Of a DNA stretch of 64,000 nucleotides, positions 42,501 to 54,849 are shown one piece after another (within the stretch, counting starts at the first letter, position 1; the number at the start of each line of letters is the position of its first letter). The notes below the pieces were generated by a model. It made no database searches, was not told the origin of the DNA, and saw only the letters and a program-made list of their open reading frames with translations. The stretch comes from Anolis carolinensis. Taxonomy: Eukaryota. Made by a program: the position numbers and the translations under genes. The stretch covers positions 1,054,001 to 1,118,000 of the forward strand of contig NW_026943819.1 of the NCBI RefSeq assembly GCF_035594765.1, given 5' to 3'.

Positions 42501-42942
42501 NNNNNNNNNNNNNNNNNNNNNNNNNNNNNNNNNNNNNNNNNNNNNNNNNNNNNNNNNNNNNNNNNNNNNNNNNNNNNNNNNNNNNNNNNNNNNNNNNNNN
42601 NNNNNNNNNNNNNNNNNNNNNNNNNNNNNNNNNNNNNNNNNNNNNNNNNNNNNNNNNNNNNNNNNNNNNNNNNNNNNNNNNNNNNNNNNNNNNNNNNNNN
42701 NNNNNNNNNNNNNNNNNNNNNNNNNNNNNNNNNNNNNNNNNNNNNNNNNNNNNNNNNNNNNNNNNNNNNNNNNNNNNNNNNNNNNNNNNNNNNNNNNNNN
42801 NNNNNNNNNNNNNNNNNNNNNNNNNNNNNNNNNNNNNNNNNNNNNNNNNNNNNNNNNNNNNNNNNNNNNNNNNNNNNNNNNNNNNNNNNNNNNNNNNNNN
42901 NNNNNNNNNNNNNNNNNNNAAATAGTAGTAGTAGAAGTAGTA

Positions 42943-42978
<36 letters not shown>

Positions 42979-43652
42979 TTGATGGGTACCCAAGGTAATA
43001 GTAGTAGTAATAATACTAATATTGGTGGTGGTGGTGGCTATCTCCTTCCTCTTCCTCCTTGAGGGCCAAACAGCCCCTTGTGTGTGTCTGTGCGCGCGCT
43101 GAGTGTGCCTGTGTGCCAGCGCTGTGTTTACACAAGCCAAAGGCCGGCCAAGGCGGGAGCCGCATTGCCTAAAATGGGCCAAAACGGGAGCGGCTGCGAA
43201 GGAGCGTCCCTGGCTCTCTGCTCTCACTCACTAGAAGCGCAACGCAGGTTATGACTCTGGACTGAGGACACGGGGCCGTAATGGGTCCCAATGGCAGAAA
43301 AAGAGACCCCAACTGAACGTTAGGAAGACTTCCTAGACCTGTTCAACAGTGGAACTCTCTTCCGATTGTAATTGGGCATCTGTCGGGAGGGCACACACAG
43401 TGCACACTCAGGCACACGCAAGGAGGAAGAGGAAGGTGATATCCACCACCACCATCAATATCATTATTATTACTAGCTTGGGTACCCAGCGATACCCGGG
43501 TATTTAGAAAAGGGCCTTATTACAAAGGCTGGATGGGCATCTGTCGGGAGGGCTTTGATGGTGCTTTTCCTGCATGGCAGAAAGAAAGGGGATGGAGTGG
43601 ATGGCCTTTGGGGGTCCCTCTCAACTCTCTGAGATAAGTATCCATTATTGTC

Positions 43653-43707
<55 letters not shown>

Positions 43708-43848
43708 TTATTGTATGACACAGCAAACAAGATAGATATGCTGGGTTTCGTATCACAAAATCACAAGTCAAACACTTCCCAAGTGTCTAGGACTGTGTGA
43801 TGTATTTTCGGATGATGCGTGCAGATCCCAGTCGGGTGGCCTTTTGCA

Positions 43849-43887
<39 letters not shown>

Positions 43888-46800
43888 TTATTGTATGACA
43901 CAGCAAACAAGATAGATATGCTGGGTTTCGTATCACAAAATCACAAGTCAAACACTTCCCAAGTGTCTAGGACTGTGTGATGTATTTTCGGATGACGCGC
44001 CCAGATCCCAGCAGGGTGGCCTTTTGCAGTTGGCAGATCGTGATCTTGTCAATGTCTATTGTTTCCAAATGCCGGCTGAGATCTTTTGGGACGGCACCCA
44101 ATTATTATTATTATTATTATTATTTTACATTCATAATCTAATAATAACCATAACAACAACAAAACAACAACAGCAATAATAAACTAATGCCACAAACCGT
44201 TCCAGGTGACTTCCAGGCGTCTGGGGGCCAAGGGGACCTCCTGGCCCTCTTTCAAGACGGGGCTGACGTAGGAGGCCAGGTACGGGACCGACTCCCAGAC
44301 CTGCGGGGAGGAAAGAGCAGGTGAAGAGCGCTGGACAGGCAGGTCAGCAGGTAGGAAGAAGGAGGCAAAGGGACAAGGGACACCCAAGCCCTTTGCTGGC
44401 CTTTGCTGACCCCCTGGAAGACCTGGGCCCCTCAGACCGCACTGACCTTGGCTGCGTTGACCAGTCTCCAGGCGTTGAGGAGGCCGAACCCGTGCTGGTG
44501 GCTGTGGCTGAGCCCAGCGCTGTTGGTGTCCCAGCTGGCACGGTGGTCTTCGTACTGCAAAAGCAAAGGCCGTAATTAACTTCATCCAAGGCAAAAGTAA
44601 GTAAGTAACTAATTACTGTATATACCCAAGTATAAACCTAGTTTTTCAGCCCTCTTTTTAAGACTGAAAAAGCCCCCCTCGGCTTATACTCGGGTGGCTT
44701 ATATTTGGGTCAGCTTATACTCTAGAATATATGGTACATTTATTATTTTTCTCTACTATTATTGGTATTATTACATTTATTATTTTTCTCTCTGATTGTT
44801 GCTACTATTACATTTATTTTACTCTATTTTTTATTATTATTATTACATTTATTATTTCACTCTGACATCATTATTATTATATTTATTATTTTAGCCTATT
44901 TATTATTCCTTGTATTATTTTACTGTATTTATTATTATTATTATTACTATTATTATTACTTGTATCATTTTACTCTATTATTATTAAAAGTATACATAAG
45001 CACATTTACATTGAAGAAGATGAGAATAAGAATTTTATTTATTTATTTATTTAGAGTATTAATATTCCGCCCTTCTTTCTCACCACGAAGGGGAGTCAGG
45101 GTCACATTACACATACAGTAGAGTCTCACTAATCCAAGCCTCGCTTATCCAAGCCTCTGGATAATCCAAGCAATTTTTGTAGTCAATGCTTTCAATATAT
45201 CATGATATTTTGGTTCTAAATTCGTAAATACAGTAATTACAACATAACATGACTGCGTATTGAACTACTTTTTCTGTCAAATTTGTTGTATAACATGAAG
45301 TTTTGGTGCTTAATTTGTAAAATCATAACCTAATTTGATGTTTAATAGGCTTTTCCTTAATCCCTCCTTATTATCCAAGTTATTCGCTTATCTAAGCTTC
45401 TGCCGGCCTGTTTAGCTTGGATAAGTGAGACTCTACTGTATAAGGCAAACATTCAATGCCTTAACATAGAACAAAAACAAGACAAACGCAGGCTCCGAGC
45501 TGGCCTCGAATTCATGACCTCTTGGTCAGAGTGATTTGTTGCAGCTGGCAGCTGTCTTGCTCACCAGCCTGCGCCACAGCCCGGGCGCAGAGTTGGACAA
45601 TCTTATCTTAAATTAGAGCTTGATGTAAATATTCAAAAACATTTCACCTACTGATGCCTCAATTAATGTCATTTTATTGGTATCTATTTTTATTTCTGAA
45701 ATTTTCCACCCTCGGCTTATACTGGAGTCAATGTTTTCCCAGTTTTTTTGTGGTAAAATTAGGTGCCTCGGCTTATATTTGGGTCGGCTTATACTTGAGT
45801 ATATATGTTAATTATTATAAAACCCAATACAGGAGTCTGTGTCTACTTCTTTCTCTGAAAGTGCCCAATACAACCTGTCTCACTGAAAGCGGAATAACAG
45901 AACCTTTTAAAAGTACTGATGACAGGGGGAGAGGCTTCAGAAGCAGCTTTGGGGCTCAGGCATTGCTGGACCTGTCGGCACTTTTAAGGGATGGCTATGG
46001 AGGCGCGGAAGGAGCTCACCTTGGTGGCGGTGAAGACGATGATGTGCTGGACGTCCCTCCAGGTCAGGCAGGGCCGCACCTGCAGCATGAGCGCAATCAT
46101 GCCCGCGGCCAGTGGGGCGGCTGCCGAGGTCCCAGTGTGGCCCTCCGTGCAGCCGGTGCCCCTCTGCAGGTCCCAGTCCGTGGTGGCCTGCAGGAAAGAC
46201 ACCGCCCAGCACCCAGTCTCAACCGATTCGACAGAGTGTGTGGCACAAAAACAAAGTTTCCGGAATAGAACAACTACTTTTTATTTAAAAAAAATTTTCT
46301 TAAGATACATCAATACATCAGTACCATCAACACTCCTATATTTCACACTTATTTCATTGCATCAACTGTGTGTGTGTATGTCTATATCTATCTATCTATA
46401 TATAAAAAGGTAATGAAATTTCGGCCTACGGCAAAACAACAAAACTACACATCCCAGAAACATTAAACTTGGCAGCACAACCCCTCGTCCATGCCTCTAC
46501 GTTCATACAACAAAAAGCTCCAGCTACTCCAGAAAACGGCCAGGCTTTGAGACTGCAAGGCTATTCACTGCCATTCCACCTGGCCAACAAAGGATTCCCA
46601 TAAGCCACAGCCGGGCAAAGCTAGTGATANNNNNNNNNNNNNNNNNNNNNNNNNNNNNNNNNNNNNNNNNNNNNNNNNNNNNNNNNNNNNNNNNNNNNNN
46701 NNNNNNNNNNNNNNNNNNNNNNNNNNNNNNNNNNNNNNNNNNNNNNNNNNNNNNNNNNNNNNNNNNNNNNNNNNNNNNNNNNNNNNNNNNNNNNNNNNNN

Positions 46801-47850
46801 NNNNNNNNNNNNNNNNNNNNCACCTCTGTGCCCCCCCCCCCCCCCCCCCCGAGCCACTTCAATTTACATTCTCTTTCCCAAATACCATTTCTTCTTGTGG
46901 AGGTAATTTCCCATCTACTTCTTTTAAACCCTTCTCAATAATTTTTCCCCAAACCTCGTCAAAGTCATTTTCCTTCCATACCCCTTTCCTAACTCTTAGC
47001 CTATATGTCAACTTGTCTTTTATTGCTAATTTCCATAGTTCTTTATACCATTCTTCGATTTGTATGTTTATTTTACCTTTCCAATTCCTTGCTATCAACA
47101 ACCTTGCTGCAGTTAGCATGTTGTTTATGGCATCCTTCTCTGTTTTTTTTTTCAATTTCTTGACAGTAAATAATGACAACAATGCAATACTTGCACTTTT
47201 CCCCATCTTCATATCCATTGTGGCTTCTATTTCACTAAATACCTTCCCCCAAAATTCACTTACATATTTACATTGCCACCACATATGTATATATGTACCC
47301 ACCTCCTGGCAACCTCTCCAACAGTTTTTTGTGGCAACTACTTTCAAAGTAAGTGACACACAATCAAAGAGGAAACTAACACTTCCGAACCAGGAACAGT
47401 GCATTTACAGGGGGAAGAGACTCACGATGCTCCTCATGAGCTTGTCCCCGCCGCTGAAGGTCACGGCCAGCATGGAAGCGCACTCCTCCGCATAGAAAGG
47501 CATGAAGCCCATCTCATCCACGGCTCCTAAGGAAGGAAGGAAGGAAGGAAGGAAGGAAGGAAGGAAGGAAGGAAGGAAGGAAGGAAGGATGATGTTGACT
47601 ATTATTCCCCACACACCAATGGCTGTGAGCACCCAAAATAAGCAGCAGATTCCAAGAAGAGGAGAATGGTATCCATCCCCAGATGCCACAATTACCGATG
47701 GTGACGGTGTAGATGGAGTTGGCATAGCCGTCGTAGTTGCAGTTGTCGTTGTGGTGCCCTCCGTTGCCGCTGGCCACCACAAAGATGCTGCCGAAGCCCC
47801 GCCGGCCGGCAATCACCCCGTGCTGCAAGGCGGCCTGAGGAGAAAATAAC

Positions 47851-47888
<38 letters not shown>

Positions 47889-48812
47889 CTGATCCTTGCA
47901 GCCCAGGGGCAAGCCATCAGAACAAATGCAATTCAGGCCAAGATCAAAAAATCAGCTGATGACCCAAAATGCAGACTGTGCAAGGAAACCGACGAAACCA
48001 TTGATCATCTCCTCAGCTGCTGTAAGAAAATCGCACAGACAGACTACAAACAGAGGCACAACTATGTGGCCCAAATGATTCATTGGAACTTATGCCTCAA
48101 GTACCACCTCCCAGCAGTAAAGAACTGGTGGGATCACAAACCTGCAAAAGTATTGGAAAATGAGCACGCAAAGATACTGTGAGACTTCCGAATCCAGACT
48201 GACAAAGTTCTGGAACACAACACACCAGACATCACAGTTGTGGGGGAAAAAAAGGTTTGGATCATTGATGTTGCCATCCCAGGTGACAGTCGCATTGACG
48301 AAAAACAACAGGAAAAACTCAGCCGCTATCAGGACCTCAAGACTGAATTTCAAAGACTCTGGCAGAAACCAGTGCAGGTGGTCCCGGTGGTGATGGGCAC
48401 ATTGGGTGCCGTGCCAAAAGATCTCAGCCGGCATTTGGAAACAATCGACATTGACAAAATCACGATCTGCCAACTGCAAAAGGCCACCCTACTGGGATCT
48501 GCACGCATCATCTGAAAATACATCACAGAGTCCTAGACACTTGGGAAGTGTTCGACTTGTGATTTTGTGATACGAAATCCAGCATATCTATCTTGTTTGT
48601 GTCATATAATGTTGTATAATAGTAATAGTAATAATAATAATAATGCTAAACTAGTGTTGAGGCCCGAGAAGCCTCTGAGGATGAGGACGGGGATCTTCTG
48701 GTTGAGCCTGGTGTTTCTGTGGTGGAAAACGGAAGAGTTTTCCAAGTCGATGGGAATGTTGTTGGGAAAAGAGGCAGTGATTCTCATGAGAATTAGCCAG
48801 GGATTGACCCTC

Positions 48813-48863
<51 letters not shown>

Positions 48864-50636
48864 ATTTTATTTCTACCCTGCCACCATCTCCCTGAGGGGA
48901 CTTGTGGCGGCCAACAAAATACAGCAAAGTGCCGCAGATAGACAATACATAAATCTGAAACTATAAAAACCACACAATTACAACCACATACATACATAAT
49001 TACAATGTGAAACATTAAAATTCATGAAATCAATTGATTGTGGAGGAGACAGGAGAGCTACCGATAGATAACCCAACATTTACAGATCAGAAGGGATTGT
49101 GTGAAACAGAAACAAACTCAATGTGTTGTCGAAGGCTTTCATGGCCAGAATCACAGGGTTGTTGTATGTCTTTCGGGCTGTGTGGCCATGTTCCAGAAGC
49201 ATTCTCTCCTGACGTTTCGCCCACATCTATGGCAGGCATCCTCAGAGGTTGTGAGGTATGGAATACCTCACAACCATACCTCACAACCTCTGAGGATGGC
49301 TGCCATAGATGTGGGCGAAACGTCAGGAGAGAATGCTTCTGGAACATGGCCACACAGCCCGAAAGACATACAACAACCCAGAAACAAACTCGTTATTCCC
49401 AGAGACTGAAGGATAAACAAAGGGAACCCAGGTGTGGGAACGGGTGGTGTCACGGGCAAGAGTGAGTCTTCTTAAGGTCTCCAATACCTTTCCAAGCTGG
49501 TGAGGCCCGTCCACGGTTTTGCCGTCGTCGTCTGGACCCCAACTGCAAAGAGAGGACCCCAAAACAACAGGCATAAAACTTGGAGTCCAACACGGAGGAA
49601 GCGTGATAATGCCACATGGATTGAGGCTTGTTTGCTGCCCCGACTGACCTGCAGCTGTAGATGTCGTTGATCTGGTAATGCTTGTTGAAAGCAACGGCCT
49701 CCATGCTGTCCGTGAGCGGCCCGTCCAGCACCCGGATCCCTGCGGAGGAAGGAAGGAGCGGGGCGAATGGGTCCCACCCTCAAATGGGACACGGGCAAAG
49801 CGAGACCCCCACCCAGTGACATCCAGGAGGGACCACGATATGCCACAGTGACCAAACCAAGCTAAAAGTATGGGCAGAAGAGGGTCGGATATGGCTCGTG
49901 GTTATGGGCGTTATCTCACGGAGGGAATTCTCTATTGAAAGGGGAAGGGGATGCTGCCCCCTGGTGTGCAGAGCAGGGGCTGCAGCCTCCTCTTGCCTTC
50001 TTGGGGGCTCTCCAAAGGGGCCCAGTGGGGGGGGGGAGGGGGCGTACCTGCGATGCGGCTCCCGTAGGCGACTCCGACGGCGCAGAAGCTGTTGTTGGAG
50101 ACGGCGGCGATCTCCCCGGCGCAGCGGGTGCCGTGGTGGTTGCCGTTCTCCTCGTCCGGGTGCGGCATGGGGTCCGGGTCATCCGAGTTCAGGTCGTAGC
50201 TGCCTTCCGGGCTCTGGGGGGACAGCGGGACGGGGCTGCCGTCAGGGCCACCCTCCTGTCNNNNNNNNNNNNNNNNNNNNNNNNNNNNNNNNNNNNNNNN
50301 NNNNNNNNNNNNNNNNNNNNNNNNNNNNNNNNNNNNNNNNNNNNNNNNNNNNNNNNNNNNNNNNNNNNNNNNNNNNNNNNNNNNNNNNNNNNNNNNNNNN
50401 NNNNNNNNNNNNNNNNNNNNNNNNNNNNNNNNNNNNNNNNNNNNNNNNNTACATACATACATGGATGNNNNNNNNNNNNNNNNNNNNNNNNNNNNNNNNN
50501 NNNNNNNNNNNNNNNNNNNNNNNNNNNNNNNNNNNNNNNNNNNNNNNNNNNNNNNNNNNNNNNNNNNNNNNNNNNNNNNNNNNNNNNNNNNNNNNNNNNN
50601 NNNNNNNNNNNNNNNNNNNNNNNNNNNTAGATACTG

Positions 50637-50701
<65 letters not shown>

Positions 50702-51652
50702 GGAGGGATAGCTACTGTAGATAAATAGACAGACAGACANNNNNNNNNNNNNNNNNNNNNNNNNNNNNNNNNNNNNNNNNNNNNNNNNNNNNNNNNNNNN
50801 NNNNNNNNNNNNNNNNNNNNNNNNNNNNNNNNNNNNNNNNNNNNNNNNNNNNNNNNNNNNNNNNNNNCCGCAGGGCCGGCTGTCCGCAGGGCTACTCACG
50901 TAGTTGGGCTGGATGTCCTTGATGGTGTGCTCCACCCCGTCGTCCACCACCACCACGGTCACCCCGTGGCCCGTCACGTTCCTCTCCCAAACGCCCGTCA
51001 CGTTGATGTCCATCCCGGGGCTCTTGCGGTTGTTCTGGGCCAGCGGGGAGAAGGAAGGAAGGAAGGAGGGAGGGAAGGCAGGGGCAACGGTCAAGAGGGC
51101 AATTAACAGAGGCCAGTGGGCATTCAGGGCAAGGGTCTGGGACCCCCAGGACCCCCCCCCCCCGAGGCTCACCAGGTGCCACTGCTGGGGGAACTTGGGG
51201 TCGTTGAAGGCCAGGCCGCGCTTGGAGCGCTTCAGGGGCCGCTGCTCCGCGTGCCAGCGCACCCCTCCGTGCCGCGCCAGGGCCGCCTCCACCGCACGCC
51301 GGGCGGCCTCTGGGTCGCGCCCCGGTCCCGCTCCGCCCGGCCGGCAGCCCAGCAGGTAGTGGCCACGGAGCTGCCCCACGCGGCCCAGGCTGGCCAGGCC
51401 CGCCTCCGCGGCCAGGCGCTCGGCCCACCGGTCCAGCGCTTCCTCCGGCCCCTCCTCAGCGTCCTCCAGGCACACCGCCCAGGTCGCGTCCGAGGGGCAG
51501 GCGCTCCCTGTCGCTGGCCGCCGCTCCGCCCCGCAGGCCACTCCGCCGGTCAGCAGCCAGGCCAGGCACAGGCAGAGGCACAGGTGGACACGCAGGGCGG
51601 GCGGGGGCACCGCTTCCCATGGTGGAGCCTTCGCGCCCCGCCCGGGAGGCAT
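37394..51652 (-). CDS. PCSK7: Proprotein convertase subtilisin/kexin type 7, 15 coding exons
   Basis: Exons in transcript order 51652-51173, 51034-50900, 50213-50048, 49739-49649, 49542-49488, 47834-47696, 47526-47426, 46187-46020, 44554-44447, 44300-44198, 40229-40073, 39938-39844, 38600-38507, 38316-38199, 37699-37394. Signal peptide, KRSKR prodomain site, catalytic VDDG/HGTRC/SGNGG/GTSAA, P domain, TM helix and VPLC tail. Confidence 0.96.
38655..39802. repeat. Compound minisatellite tagggctgtgacagtggg(c/t)...cctccat + (AAC/ACC)n
   Basis: More than 20 copies; core shared with the arrays at 5570-6516 and 7165-8008. Confidence 0.9.
40350..41680. repeat. AT-rich ~180-190 bp tandem array with an inserted SINE-like element (~41200-41430)
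   Basis: Recurring tatacctttcatattgctatagtattactgtatattatc. Confidence 0.8.
43712..44100 (-). mobile_element. Two stacked R4/Dong 3' fragments in (TTA)n
   Basis: Near-identical duplicated 3' ends at 43712 and 43892. Confidence 0.85.
46395..46624 (+). mobile_element. Short Helitron derivative
   Basis: TCTATATATAAAAAGGTAATGAAATTTCGGCC 5' end as in the 10533-11168 copy; ends gccgggcaaagCTAG|T. Confidence 0.7.
46860..47335 (-). mobile_element. L1/Tx1-type LINE ORF2 C-terminal fragment
   Basis: [18 protein letters not shown] zinc knuckle followed by [11 protein letters not shown]. Confidence 0.8.
47887..48605 (+). mobile_element. Longest R4/Dong fragment (zinc knuckle plus REL endonuclease)
   Basis: [19 protein letters not shown]...QRHN...PDITVV..IIDVAIP; (TAA)n on both sides. 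Confidence 0.88.
49208..49248 (-). ncRNA. Minimal type-I hammerhead ribozyme motif (Penelope-associated)
   Basis: cct-CTGAGGA-t-GCCTGC catagat GTGGGC-GAAACGTC-agg: CUGANGA and GAAA cores, stem II, palindromic ACGU stem III, GUC site. Confidence 0.65.
49287..49327 (+). ncRNA. Second minimal hammerhead motif (one stem II substitution)
   Basis: cct-CTGAGGA-t-GGCTGC catagat GTGGGC-GAAACGTC-agg. Confidence 0.55.
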
Positions 51653-51699
51653 CCGGCAGGAGCGCTGCGCAGGGAGGGAGAGACGGGGTTATGTCCAAG

Positions 51700-52342
51700 G
51701 ATGCCTCCAGGCAACAACAGCCAGGCCACCTCTATGCAGGTACCACAAGGCTACTCAATGCTTTTCAAGCCGGCTAATTGCGACACTCACATCTGCCTCC
51801 AACAGACAAGGGTCATTATTCCACAGAGGGCGCCTCCAGGTAACAACAGCCAGGCCACCTCTATGCAAACACCCTTGCTGATTGACTTTGCAGGCACAAG
51901 GCTACTCAAGGCTTTTCAAGCTGGCTAATTGCGGCGCACACACTTGTCTCCAACAGACACGGGTCATTATTCCACAGAGGGCGCCTCCAGGCAACAACTG
52001 CCAGGCTACCTCTATGCAAATACCCTCGCTGATTGACTTTGCAGCCACAAGGCTACTCAGTGCTTCTCAAGCCGGCTAATTGCAACACTCACACTTGCCT
52101 CCAACAGACAAGGGTTATAGAGGGCGCCTCCAGGCAACAACAGCCAGGCCACCTCTATGCAAACACCCTTGCTGCTTGACTTTGCAGGCACAAGGCTACT
52201 CAAGGCTTTTCAAGCTGGCTAATTGCGGCGCACACACTTGTCTCCAACAGACACGGGTCATTATTCCACAGAGGGCGCCTCCAGGCAACAACTGCCAGGC
52301 TACCTCTATGCAAATATCCTCACTGATTGAATTTGCAACAGC
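51700..52342. repeat. ~150-160 bp tandem array (about 4.5 copies), probably Penelope-LTR derived
   Basis: gcctccaggcaacaacagccaggccacctctatgca...caaggctactcaa...cacacttgcctccaacagaca repeated. Confidence 0.75.
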
Positions 52343-53099
52343 ATTGGATCTAATGCGCACCTTTGTTTGCAAAGTGTCCTCCTTCCCTCCCTTTCTTCCC
52401 TCTTTCCTTCTTCCTTTCCTCCCTTCCTTTGCTTTCCCTTTTCCCTTCTCTTCTGTCTTTCCTTTCTTTCTTCCTTCTTTCGTTCCTCCTCACTTTTCCA
52501 CCTCATTTCCTCCCTTGTATCTCTCTTTCCTTCCTTCCTTCTCTTTTTTCTCTTTTCTCCTTTCTTTCTTTCCTCCTTCCTTTCCTTNNNNNNNNNNNNN
52601 NNNNNNNNNNNNNNNNNNNNNNNNNNNNNNNNNNNNNNNNNNNNNNNNNNNNNNNNNNNNNNNNNNNNNNNNNNNNNNNNNNNNNNNNNNNNNNNNNNNN
52701 NNNNNNNNNNNNNNNNNNNNNNNNNNNNNNNNNNNNNNNNNNNNNNNNNNNNNNNNNNNNNNNNNNNNNNNNNNNNNNNNNNNNNNNNNNNNNNNNNNNN
52801 NNNNNNNNNNNNNNNNNNNNNNNNNNNNNNNNNNNNNNNNNNNNNNNNNNNNNNNNNNNNNNNNNNNNNNNNNNNNNNNNNNNNNNNNNNNNNNNNNNNN
52901 NNNNNNNNNNNNNNNNNNNNNNNNNNNNNNNNNNNNNNNNNNNNNNNNNNNNNNNNNNNNNNNNNNNNNNNNNNNNNNNNNNNNNNNNNNNNNNNNNNNN
53001 NNNNNNNNNNNNNNNNNNGTGGTTCCCCTCCTTCCTTCTTTCCTTCCTTCCTCCCTCCATTTCTTCCTTCCTTTTTTCTTTCTCTTTTCCTTCCTTCCT

Positions 53100-53720
53100 T
53101 CCTTCCTTGGCTCCTCTCCCGCGTCACATCCGGAGCCTGCCCCCCTTTCCCAAATCTAGGGGTCCCCTTGCCCCCCCCATCCCAAAGAGACCCCTCCCCT
53201 TTCCCCCTCCCTTTTGCACCCCCTCTTTGCATTCCCCTCCCCCCGACCCCTCCCCAGCCCCCCTCCCGCTCCGCACTCTGCACATGCTCTGCCGCCCCCT
53301 CGACACCCATAAGGGGGGGGGGGGAGAGCGTGCAGGCCCCTCCCCGCGCACCTTCTGGGTGAGATCTCTCTCTCTCTTTCCTTCCCGGGGCTTCCTTCTT
53401 CTCTCCTTCCTTCTTCCTTCTTCTCCTGGAGGACCGCGGTTGGGGGGCGCTGTGGTTCCCCTCCGCGTCCGCCGCTCCCTCCCCAGGCCCCGCCCACAAG
53501 AGAGAGAGAGAGAGAGAGAGGAAGGAAGGAAAGGAGGAAGGAAGCAGAGGAAGAGAGAGAAGGAGAGAGAGAAGGCAAGTCTGGGCCGAGCCCCCTCCCT
53601 CGCAGCCCCCCCCCCCCCTTTTGCAGCCCCCTTGCCCACTACTGCACCTCCCAGCCTCCCCAGGCCCTGCCGTCGGAGTTCTGCCCCGCTCGGGACTACA
53701 GCTCCCATCATGCACTGCTT
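53100..53720. promoter_or_regulatory. Putative bidirectional PCSK7/RNF214 CpG promoter with ZNF143-type motif
   Basis: GC/CpG-rich segment between divergent genes; ACTACAgcTCCCAtcATGCAC 53695-53715. Confidence 0.6.
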
Positions 53721-53799
53721 GCTTGGCTATGCCTTGCTCTCTTATCTATCCTACAGTGCAAGAGTGATGGGCCTTTCAGTGTGTGTGTGTGTATGGGGG

Positions 53800-54620
53800 G
53801 GGGGGGTGAGGACTACAACTCCCACCATCCCCTGGCTGGAGCTCTCATGCAGCTCACGTTGCAGCTACAATTGCAGGGATGATGGGCCTTTGTGTGTGTG
53901 GAGTCCTTCCCTTTTAGGTAGAGGACTGCAGCTCCCATCATCCAGTACTATCATGAAGCCCAGTAGTACAAGGATGATGGGCCTTTGAGTGTGTGGAGTC
54001 CTTCCCTTTTAAATAGAGGACTGCATCTCCCATCATCCAGTGACTGTGTGCTACTATCATGCAGCCCAGTAGTACAAGGATGATGGGCCTTTGAGTGTGT
54101 GTGTGGATAGAGGACTGCAGCTCCCATCATCCAGTACTATCATGAAGCCCAGTAGTACAAGGATGATGGGCCTTTGAGTGTGTGGAGTCCTTCCCTTTTA
54201 AATAGAGGACTGCATCTCCCATCATCCAGTGACTGTGCGCTACTATCATGCAGCCCAGTAGTACAAGGACGATGGGCCTTTGAGTGGGGAGTGCTTCCCT
54301 TCTAAGCTGAGCACTACAACTCCCACCATCCCCAGGCTGGAGCTATCATGCAGCTCACTGTTGCAACTATATTGCAGGGATGATGGGCCTTTGAGTGTTT
54401 GTGTGGAGTCCTTCCATTTTAGATAGAGGACTGCAGCTCCCATCATCCAGTGGCTATGCTCTACTATCATGAAGCCCAGTAGTACAAGGATGATGGACCT
54501 TTGAGTGTAGGGGGTTCTTTCCCTTTTAGACTAAGGACTGCAACTCCCATCATCCCATGCCCGTATGTATCACGTAGCTCACCTTGCAGCCGTATTGCAA
54601 GGATGATGGGCCTTTGAGTG
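53800..54620. repeat. ~100-bp tandem array containing gact(a/g)ca.ctccca(t/c)catcc
   Basis: About 8 units ending aaggatgatgggcctttgagtg. Confidence 0.85.
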
Positions 54621-54849
54621 GAGTTTTAACCTTGAATATGGATTTTAACTGATTTTTTTTTAATGTCATTCATATTCCATTCTGATTCAAACAAAAGGAC
54701 ACAAGTTTCAAAATTCATGCTTAGACTGAGCAGCATTGAGGAAAGGACCCTCCAGCGGCCATCTAGTCCAACCCCTGCCGCCTTTACGTGCTGAGTGCTG
54801 TGTTGCAGGGAGGCCCTGTGTGCTGACCGTTGGGCGGCTGTGTTTGCAG

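Larger units (their letters stand above)
49120..49379. mobile_element. Penelope-like inverted terminal-repeat insertion
   Basis: 106-bp arms 49156-49261 and 49274-49379 with one mismatch seen; flanking direct repeat agaaacaaactc at 49108-49119 and 49380-49391. Confidence 0.8.

Noticed and set aside
42184-43227. Long ORFs across N-runs (also near 15380, 46630, 50261-50867 and 52588)
   Set aside because: Assembly-gap artefacts; PCSK7 coding exons join in frame without needing sequence from the gaps
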